Source: Paraspadella gotoi
Taxonomy: Eukaryota; Animalia; Chaetognatha
Reading direction: 5' to 3'
NCBI GenBank assembly: GCA_051294375.1
Contig: CM119268.1
Location: 17,947,562 to 18,011,561 of the forward strand
DNA length: 64,000 bases
Shown: piece by piece, positions 53,686-64,000 of the stretch
Numbering within the stretch: position 1 is the first letter of the stretch
How the letters are laid out: every line of letters begins with the position of its first letter
Program-made: the position numbers and the translations under genes
Notes under the pieces: generated by a model
What the model saw: only the letters and a program-made list of their open reading frames with translations
The model's database searches: none
Told to the model about the DNA's origin: nothing

Positions 53686-53937
53686 TTATCATTGATAGGG
53701 CAGGCTTCGATCCTATTCTTTTAGATTTTTTTCTTCTTCTTTTCTCTTCATTCTCTCCTTCTTCTCTTTCTCTCCTTCTCTTCTCTTTCTTTCTCTTCTT
53801 ATTATGATTATTCCAAAAGCAGAGGCTTAAAGTTTCGAATCTTCTCTCTCTCTCTCTCTCTACTCCTCCTCTCTCTCTCTCTCTTCTCTCTTTTTTATTT
53901 TTTTTTTTTTTTTTTTCTCTCTCTCTCTTTCTACTCC

Positions 53938-53996
<59 letters not shown>

Positions 53997-55360
53997 TCTC
54001 TGTCTGATTTAGTCAAAAACGAGCAGCGGCTGATAGTTATCGCATCTCTTATTCTCTCTCTCTCTCTTCTCTCTCTCTTCATTATCTCTCTCACTCTCTC
54101 TCTTTTATCTCATACTCTTTTTCTCTCTCTCTCTCTTTCGTCGCCTTCCGCAACTTCTTAGTTTTAATACTATAAGAAAATAAAAATTCGGATTTACATA
54201 TAACTAGTCTAACTTTGCAAGTCAGATTTACTTTCTTAAAACGAAAAAACCGCAAAAAACCGCAACAGGGGGGTCTATGTACTCAGACCACCACCCAGCC
54301 ATTGAATGCCTTTTGAAGTTAAATTTCGATGATCCCTAAATATCCCGACAACTTAAAGCTTAACTTAAAAGGAAAAATCCTGGAGGCTTGCATTTCATTC
54401 TTAAATTCAACTTTGCCCAACTTAATGCCACTGTATTGCAACTTTCATTTTCTACAAATTAATAAAAAATAATATTGTCAAAAGAAACCTTAGCGAAAAG
54501 AGCTGTGATTGATTATTAAAAATTATTAGTTTTTAATAAAAATTAGTTATTCTGACGTTGATATAATTGTTTGTGGTAACCAAACCAGCAATCAAAAATT
54601 ACAATTTGCATCGCAAAGACCGCATGAAAATAATAATTCACGTTAACTAAGGACAAAAAAAAACGAAAATAACGTTTAATAGAAATGGCCAAAGGGATTA
54701 AAGACAAGATATTTGTCAAAAATCAATAGAAATCGCTAAAGTGATGACATGACTTTTCCACGGTGTGGAATACATGTGGGGTTGGGGNNNNNNNNNNNNN
54801 NNNNNNNNNNNNGGGGGGGGATGAAAAAGGAGGAAAGAAAAAGAGTTGAAGGCGACGAACGTGAGGGTCGTTACAACTTTGGAAGAGAAATATATCATCT
54901 TCTGATAACGAATAAAAAGAAATAATCACAGTAAAACTAAGAACCGCATAGTGATGAGGATCTAGTCACAGATTATTTTTTCAGTTAAAAAGACGAATAA
55001 ATAAGAAAAAAATTAAGACATAAATATGTCGGAAGATGATGAAAGGGCGTGTGTTGCGGACGACTGTAGTTGACGAGAGATGAAATATCTCGATCGCCGA
55101 TTCTTAGCAAGTTAATTTTCAAGAGAAATTATGATTTTTGTTGTTGTGAATGTATTAAATACCAGTCAGGAAGACAGTCTCATATTGAATGTTATATTCT
55201 TAATACGATTTCATATGTCGACTAATGTGTGAGAGAAAAGACGGAGGCTGTGAGCAGAGTTGTGACATCAGAGTCACAGATGTGTCGATGAAGTGTGACT
55301 TTGACTCATCCAGATGGTTTGGTGTGAATACAGTACCATCTACGTAACGTCGTAACGTGA

Positions 55361-55643
55361 GTAGCTCAGTTCGGACAGAATCGGACAGGTGTAGCTGAGT
55401 CAGAACAGAAGCGGACAGGTGTAGCGAATTTAGGACAGAAGCGGACAGGTTGTAGCCGAGTCAGAACAGAAGCGACAGACAGGTGTAAACCGAGTTAGAA
55501 CAGAAGCGGACAGGAGGATGCTGGGGTCAGGACAGAAGCGGACAACCTGCGGTAGGACAGGAGCTGGTCGAGGACGAGTCAGGACAGAGGAGCTGAGATC
55601 AGGTGAACAGACCGAAAGGTAACGACAGGGACGAAGCGGACAG
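55361..55643 (+). repeat. 30-bp minisatellite (GTAGCTGAGTCAGAACAGAAGCGGACAGGT), ~6 clear copies plus degenerate ones
   Basis: Exact 30-bp period at 55361, 55391 and 55421, then degenerating. Confidence 0.88.
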
Positions 55644-55946
55644 TTTTCCATCCGGCATGATTCGCACGTGTAGGAAAAGTCGTTTTCCCGTTTTTCTTAG
55701 AAACTGGAAGAAAAACAATGATGAAAAAATGATGAAGAGAGATTTACATAAAGGAAAGGGGGGCGGTGGAGGGGGAAGGAGACGGGGGGGGGAAACTGGA
55801 AAGGTTTTCATTCATTTTTCTTCATATTAAGTGAAAGTGAAACAGAAAGTGAAGAATGGATCCAGAGATAAGAAACTTTGAATTTTCCTTTTTTCTCTCG
55901 TTCAGGGGGGAAGGATTATTTTTTCTCCCATGAGAGAGTGAGAGAG

Positions 55947-56012
<66 letters not shown>

Positions 56013-56259
56013 AGACAATAAAAAAATAGGAATGGAATTATTCTTCAAATTTTTTCGGTGAGAATTTCTAAAGCAAACATTTCTTTAATTGAATAGAGGG
56101 AAAACTCAAACGTTTTTAAAAAAGGAAGGAAAAAGAATAATAAAAAGAAAAACTTAAGATATTTCATCTAAGCTTTTTTATTGCCCTTTCAAAAATAATA
56201 CAGAATATATATAACGAATTATATATATCAGAAAAATCATCACGTATAAACTTTTTACA

Positions 56260-56520
56260 TAGATTACTTTTAGATTGTAGAGATATTGGTATTAGATGTA
56301 AGAGAGGTTAGAATTTATATTAAAAAAATAGAAGAAGGTTATCTCTTGGTAGCAGATAGAAAGGGTTGTTTTGGAAGAGTTTAGATTTGGAGAAGACAAA
56401 AGAGAGATTAGATTAGTTAGAAGATAAAAGAAAGTTATTTTGGAACTAGATGGTAAAGAAGTAGATTTTGGTATAAGATATACAAAGAGGTTAGCTTTGG
56501 TAGAAGAATTAAAAGAGATT
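56260..56520. repeat. Degenerate ~30-bp minisatellite (agattttggtagaagataaaagagaggtt)
   Basis: Recurrent ttggta..aga / agaggttag motifs. Confidence 0.6.
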
Positions 56521-56853
56521 CGGTAGCGTAGTTTGAGAATTCTAGGGCTCCGCTACGGTTCTCCTCTTTCTTCCCTTTGGGCGACAGCCGCGCGAGGCAA
56601 TATTTCGGTGGCATTTGTATTTCTTGACTCCCTCGATCTTTTCGTTATAGAAATGTTTTGATTTCGCGAATAATTTTATTTTTATATGTCGCTTTTCCAT
56701 TTTTTTTCTTTCTCTTTTCCTTTTTTCCCCTTTTTTATTTTTCTCTCTTCTTTTCTCTCCATCGACGTTGAGGCGCTGGAGGGGGCGGGGGGGAGGAATT
56801 GTTTACTGTGGCGGCGATGGGATCACCGAAGTTCGTGAAGAGAAAGAGAGAAA

Positions 56854-56931
<78 letters not shown>

Positions 56932-56934
56932 AGA

Positions 56935-56967
<33 letters not shown>

Positions 56968-58121
56968 TAATAGAAAGATGAGGTTTCATTCTTTGTTGAT
57001 TAGCCTTAATTGCAAAATTATTTTATTCTTTTCGTTTAAAATTTTATAAGGGCAAAGAAAAAAGAGAAACAAGAAAGAGAAAGAGAGAAGAGAAGAAGAG
57101 AAGAGAAAGAGAGAGAAGAGAGCGAGAGAGAGACATGATATGAGTGAGATGATGACCGAGAGAGAGAGAGACGCTATTATTTCAGTTTTCACTCGAGACA
57201 AGAAAATTGCGCAGAATTTCAAAAATGTAGCGAGGAAGTTTTTTCAACTTGGAGGAGAGAGAAACGAGGAATGAAAGAGATGTTGGGCGAGAGATAGTGG
57301 GCAAAAGTTAATGTATAGCGTTTTCATTAAAATATCTGAGCAAAACTGATTAATATTAATAATGTTGTTATGGTTGGTTAATTGTTTTTCTTTCAAAAAA
57401 TTATGTTAAAAGAAAAACAATTTTGCTTATCTCAAACTCAACGAAAGTGAAAGGATAACTATCGAACAAGATTACTTACTCATAATCGTTTCTCTTTCAT
57501 CGTGACAGACCTCGCTGATTTTTCAACCTGTAATGGTTGTCAAAAACTTAACTTTTTATTTTATTGGGGGGATAAAAGAATACGAGGTTTTCCAAATTGA
57601 TGACTTAATATTGGTGGCCAAAATAGTGAAAGGCTTTTCTAAAGTAATTACGTTTTTCCGTTTTGACAAAAAAAGGTTTATTGGCAAATTGATGTATGTA
57701 GAGATTTGAGAATTGAGATAATTATATATATATCGATAAGTTGAGAAGTAGACAATGACGCAAGAAAAAGGCGATTGAGCGGTAGGGGGAATTATGAAAC
57801 GGCGTCGTGGAGTGGCGTTGTGGAGCGACTCTGTGAAGCGCTGAAGCGAGTAAAAATGACGGGGAAGAAGAAAAGGAAATAATGGCGCTGATCCCATTTT
57901 TTCCCGCCGCTTTCCATCCACTTCATGCCTTCCGGTCGAGGTCAAGGATTAAGGGTAGAGGGTTGGAGGAAAAACGGGGAATAAAGGGTCACAAAAAAAA
58001 AGGGAAAAAATGGGGATAAAATGAAATTAGAAAAAAAAATGGAAGAAAGAAAAAAAAAAACCTTACCGGAAATTGGGGGTCGGGAAGTTAAGCCTCGAGA
58101 GAGAGAGAGAGAAGAGAGAGA

Positions 58122-58192
<71 letters not shown>

Positions 58193-59914
58193 CAGATAGA
58201 AAGGGAGAAAGGAGAGTTAGAGAGAGAGAAAAAAGAAAGAACTAATTGGGAAGACTTAAATCAAAAGCCTTCTGGGTCTAAGAAGTTTGTCGGGTTCGAC
58301 AGAGTCTGACCTCTGTCGCGAAAAAAGAGTGACATTGTTTTGCTTTGAGGGAAGATGGCCTTTTCCGGCACCGAGCAGGGAGAGAACAGGAAGAGAGCAG
58401 AGAGAGAGAGAGAGGACGAGATTGAGGACAGAGAGAGAAGAAGACAGAGAGAGAGAGACGAGAAGAGAGAGAGAAGAGAGAGAAGATTTAAAATTTCGCC
58501 CTTCTTTGCTTGACCTCTTGCCAGCCTTGTATGGCCTTTTTCTCGAGGCTCTTTTTTTTTCCTCTGCCGATGAATGAAGAACTCGTAAACAGAAAAACTG
58601 CATCAGGAAAAAACCCAGAGTTCCTCAACTCAGCCTCTTCTCTTTTTCCTTCTTTGATCTTATTATTTCTCTTTATTTCTATTCGTCGTTTTCCTTTGTT
58701 CTTTTCCTTTGTCTCCGTTATTTTTTTTCTTTTTTTTTACCTTTTCTTTCTTTCATCGTAATCATCGCTTCGCTGCTCCTTCACCTCGCAAGTCCATTAG
58801 CGCTCCCGCGCTTTTCTTTCTTATTTTTTGTATTTTCGATACATCAATCTTTGAATAAATCAATCAATCAGAGTCATACATTGCATAAAGCATAAACTAT
58901 CAATTTAAGAAAATATTTTAATTTTATTTTGTTTTATTCTGTTTGTAATCATTTCATTTTTTTTCTCCACTTTCTATTCTCATCAGCATCAATTTTAATC
59001 TCTTCTCTCCCCTTTTATCCTTTTCTATTCACATCAGCATCAATTCTAAATTTCTAATCTCTTCTCACCCCTTTTCTCCATTTCTAAAGCCACATGTTTC
59101 TCTTTGTCCATTTTTCTTTTCTTTCCTCCCTTCTATTCTCACTTTCTACCTTTCTTTTCCCTTTCTCCCTATCTTCCTCCTTTTCCTCCCCTCTACTTGA
59201 TTGATTCCTTCCCTCATTTTTTTCTTTCCTTTCCTCCATTCCTACTTCTCCTACCTTCATCTCTTCCACGAAAAGTCTGCTTCCCGTTTCGAATTGTAAA
59301 TATCGACGATAAATCTTTTCCCTCCATTTTCTTCTCTTTTTTATCCATTTTTCCCGTCTGCTTTTTTTGGGTCTTTGCCGTTTTTCCTCGATGTTTCGCT
59401 GTTTCGTTGTTTTCCTGTTTTGCTTTTCTCACTTTTTTAATTTTTTTGCTGCTTTGCTGTTTCGTTGTTTTGTTTGTTTTTTTTTCACTACTTTGCTGCA
59501 TCATTTTTTTGCTTTTCCTCTATTTTGCAGTTTTACTGTTTTACTACTCTGATTTTTTGTTCCTTTTACTTTGGCTCCTCTTTTGCTCTATTGCTTTTTG
59601 TCTCGTTTTCTTTTTTTCTTTTTCATTCTTTGGTTTATTCGGTCTTTTGCCCTCTCATTATTACTCCATTTCGCTTTTCCTTCGTTTTCCTGTTTTGCTA
59701 CTTTGCTTTTCCTCTGTTTTTCCCTTTTTGCTCTTTTACCTTTTTAATGTTTCGTTGTTTTGCTTTTCTCGTGTTTCGCCTTTTTTTTATGCTTAGCAAT
59801 CTCGCTTTTCCTTGGTTTCCGTCTTTCTCTCCCATTTTTATAGTTAACTTTCTGGTGATTCTGCGTGCCTCTTATTCAGTTACGCATTGCCGCTTTTGGG
59901 CTTCTAATCATATG

Positions 59915-60004
<90 letters not shown>

Positions 60005-60412
60005 CATACGCAAATATGATACTCCGATATGATAATGATTGATTTTGCACTAGGAAGGCAAATTATTTTTTCTATGAATACTAAATATTGTCATATAATT
60101 ATTATTGATACGATTAAGGTTCCGAAGAGTTTTCTGCGTTTTGATGTCAGAGAAAGTTCGTCTCTTTTCCTCTGAAAGGAGATTCCTTTCGTTATTGAGG
60201 TCATCACCTGAAAGAAGATGAGAAAGAAAGAAAGAAAAAGAAGAAAAGGAGAGAGTGAAAGTGAAGAAGAAAGAAAGAAAGAAAATAAGAAAGACAGAAA
60301 GAAAGAAAGAAAGAAAAATATAAGAAATGAAAGACGGTAAGAAAAGGAGAGAGTGGAAGTGAAGAAGAAAGAAAGAAAGAAAGAAATAAAGAAAGAAAGA
60401 AAGAAAGAAAAA

Positions 60413-60448
<36 letters not shown>

Positions 60449-62914
60449 AATAGGAAAAGAAGAGCACCCATAAAAGATAAGCATAAGAGATTTGGGAAAA
60501 GGCGGCAGGCAGCGTTTCTCTTGACAATCGCCCTCACCAATTCCCTAACCAACGACAACAAAGATAACTCGAGGACTTCGACCGCAACAACAACAACAAC
60601 CACAACAATAACAACAAGAACAAAGCCAACAACAACAACCAAAATTGCAAACGGATCATCGAAGGAAAACGTCGATATTTCGAACAATGACATTTTCACA
60701 AAGACATTTTCGAACAATTAAATCATTTTTTGAATGGGACGATTTCACGATAGACAATCCACCCTCTTTTTTTCTATCTTTCTAACTTTCTTTCCGTCGT
60801 TTTTTCCTTCTTTCTTTTTTCTTTCTTTCTTTTTTCTTCATGTCTTTTTTCCAATATTTCTATCTTTGTTTCAATCTTTCTATCTTTCTTTCTTTTCCTT
60901 CTTTTTTTCAATTTTCTTTCTCTCTTTTTATTGTTTTTTAATCGTCTGCGTTTTTCATTTCTCTTATTGTCAAAACTTTTCGGGTTTTTTTTACTCAAAA
61001 TTTCTCTTAATTTACGCATTTTTATTTTTCAGAATAACAAGGAAAAGCATCAAGGAAATAACTGGTTAACTCCTTGCCAAAACATTTTGCCGGCTGAAAA
61101 AAAGAAGATAATTTCGTTTAAAAAAGAAACAAAGAAACAAAACAAAAAAAACATCGTGACGACTTCTTCGCCCCAAATGGATTTTGTATGTTGAACTTTT
61201 TTTTTCTTTTCGCTTTTTTTCAGTTTTTGATCCAAAACTTATTATTTTCGCTTTTGTTTTGTTTTGTTTGTCAACAATTTTGTTTTTTCTTTCGAAAACC
61301 CACTCAATTCTCTGCGTTTTGTTTCGCTCAATGTGTTTGTTGTTTCCCATTGCGTCGCCGTTTCGCCTCATAAAAAACAATAACATTTCTCCAATTTCAA
61401 AACTGAATTACGTATGTGGATTAAGCAAAAAAATTTATTAACAAAGTTTAAGTATCCAGTGGGAAAGTGTAAAAAAAAAACAGAAAAAAAAAATCCAGTG
61501 AACTCTTTTCTTTCTGTATTTTGATATTTAATTTTGAATTAACATATTGCTCTTTTTAAAGCTAAAAACTTATTTTTAGTGAGAGATAAAGGAACTGACG
61601 GTTCGACGGACCAGAAGAGGCTCAGTGTCTCTAAGAGAGGAGAGACGTCGCATCATAAAAATGACTGGGCCACGCACGCGCGCAATATCTCTTCATCCGC
61701 GAAAACTGAAAGTACTTACGTAAAACAAAAGACAGACGCGAAAGGTCATTTATACTATAGTCATCATCATCGTCATGACCAATGTTATGATGGTCATAAT
61801 CTTTATAATGATATCTCGTATCATTATGGTAGTCAACACCGACAACAACAACGACGACAACGAAAAAACAAAAGAAAGATAAGAAGATCTGCAACAACCG
61901 ATCAAGACCGAAGAGCAGGGTTAACGAGAGAACGGGCGATCGACTTCGCTCGTGAATGTGAGACCGTTTGATGAAGAGAGGGGCGGGNNNNNNNNNNNNN
62001 NNNNNNNNNNNNNNNNNNNNNNNNNNNNNNNNNNNNNNNNNNNNNNNNNNNNNNNNNNNNNNNNNNNNNNNNNNNNNNNNNNNNNNNNNNNNNNNNNNNN
62101 NNNNNNNNNNNNNNNNNNNNNNNNNNNNNNNNNNNNNNNNNNNNNNNNNNNNNNNNNNNNNNNNNNNNNNNNNNNNNNNNNNNNNNNNNNNNNNNNNNNN
62201 NNNNNNNNNNNNNNNNNNNNNNNNNNNNNNNNNNNNNNNNNNNNNNNNNNNNNNNNNNNNNNNNNNNNNNNNNNNNNNNNNNNNNNNNGAGGAGAAAAGA
62301 GGGAGGAGGGAGGATAAGAGGGAGCGAAAGTCAAAATAAAAAGGGAAGTAGAAGAGAGAGAGAGAAGGTAAGAGAAACTGAAGAAGACGTGAGATGGGAG
62401 AAAAGATAAAGAGAAAGAAATTAGAAAGAGAGATGGAGTTTGTGTGAGGTAAGTTGGTGAGGAAAGAACAGAAAAATGGGGAGAGAAAGAACAGGAGAAT
62501 CGTGATAGGAGACGAGAGAAAGACATTGTGGAGTCGAAATATATGAGACTAGAGGATGAGCAGCGAAAACTGAAGACAAGTTATAAAGAATGAAAAAAAT
62601 AATTTTAAAATATCTTTAGATTGTTTAAGGTTCGCTAACAGCCGAATCGCGCGGGAAAAGATTGCGGCGGACATTCCCATTTGTAGCGATAGCATTTCAC
62701 TACACCTTGTGCTTTTAACGCGACCCTGAGATTAGGCTCCGTCTTTATATATACCGAGGAAAAACAATCAAGAAGAGTAGACAGGTAGAGTTATAAACGT
62801 GAAAAAAAAGAAGGAAGGGCAAAAAGGAAAGAATAAGAAGGAAGAGGAAAAGCAGGAGAGCGAAGGAAATAGAAAATTAATATTTGATGTCTTTTCGGTT
62901 TTGGCGACGAGAAA

Positions 62915-63530
62915 AGAAAAGGGGGAGAAAAATGGAAAATGAGGAAAGGGGAAAACGGGGAAAAATGGAAAATGAGGAAAGGGGAAAAGGGAAAAAAAAG
63001 GGAAAAATGGAAAATTAGAAAGAGGGGATAGAAAGGGGAAAAGATGGAAAATGCAGGAAAGGAGGAAAAGGATTAAAATGGAAAATTACACGGACACGCG
63101 GGAAAGAGGAAAAAAATGGAAAATGAGGAAACGGGAAAAGAGAGTAAAATGGAAAATGAGGAAAGGGGAAAAATGGAAAATTAAAATGAGGATAGGGGAA
63201 ATATGTGTAAGATGAGGAAATGGGGAGAAAAGGAGAAGGAAAAATGAGGTTAAGGTAAAAATGAGAAAATGGAAAATGAGGTAAGGGGAAAAGGGGAAAA
63301 AAATGAAAAATGAGAAAAAAGGGAAAAAGGGGGAAGGGGTAAAGATGGAAAATCGGAAAGGAAAAATGGAATAACATTGGGAAAAAAATTTTAAAATGAG
63401 GGAAGGGAAAGTGGGAAAAATGAAAAATGAGGAAAGGGGAAAAATGGAAAATGGGGAAAGGCGAAAAGGGAAATATGGAAAATGAGGAAAGGGGAAAAAT
63501 GGAAAAGGAAAAGGAAAAGGAAAAGGCATT
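62915..63530. repeat. Purine-rich degenerate minisatellite (AAAATGGAAAATGAGGAAAGGGG)
   Basis: Many recurrences of aaaatggaaaat / aaatgagg; source of the F/P-rich minus-strand ORFs. Confidence 0.85.
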
Positions 63531-64000
63531 AGGAAAAAAATTAAAAAAGGGAAAAAATAAAAATTGTTTAAAAAAAATAAAATGAAAGGAAAATGATAAA
63601 CAGATAAAGATTGAGAAAAAAGAAAACTGAGAAAAGAAAAAAAAGTGTGGCGTCCTGTAGTGTTGAACTATACAAATTTGATTAAATCCTAATTAAAATG
63701 TTGTTAATGAATTAAGGAATTAAGTGGCGCGAAACGCCGAGTTCATTGGCGAAGGAATCAGAGGCGTCCGAGATGGTTTTGCAGATGGCGGAAAGGGGGC
63801 GGGGGTGTTGGCGTCGTTTGCAACTGTGATGAAAGTGGCAACGGCGGAAACAAAATGCGTAAAGTGATGGCAAGGTTGTATGCGGCGGCGGCCGTCTAGG
63901 CCCGGCAGCGCAGTGGCAGCTGCTTCATACGCGAAGGTGACTGAAAGAAAACGTTTCCCTTTCAGATCGGAAGAAACTGATTTTCTGGCGACGACAATGA

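Noticed and set aside
54950-54970. miR-279-like sequence (reverse complement TGACTAGATCCTCATCAC)
   Set aside because: Only the first 11 nt match and there is no complementary arm for a precursor hairpin.

Overview
Eukaryotic, most likely invertebrate-animal genomic DNA from a gap-filled draft assembly. It is AT-rich with no obvious CpG depletion and dense (AG)n, (AAAG)n and (GAC)n microsatellites. There are ten N-gaps, seven of them exactly 25 N. Only one protein-coding gene is well supported: a compact 4-coding-exon SLC16/MCT-family MFS transporter on + (1150-3020, 453 aa, all introns GT-AG and phase-consistent). The remaining ~60 kb is non-coding: simple repeats, several minisatellites, a Helentron/DINE-like repeat block, a short dispersed element, candidate regulatory clusters (RFX X-boxes, GATA, promoter-like islands) and many duplicated or indel-noisy segments that look like raw long-read gap fill. 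Almost all other ORFs in the track are microsatellite read-throughs. The most unusual object is a ~2.6 kb tandem array of a 70-bp unit. On the - strand the unit starts with a tRNA-Val-like 5' end and A-box, has a terminal stem and a T4 stretch, and can also fold as a rod-like hairpin. All folding and alignments were done by eye and need computational checking.
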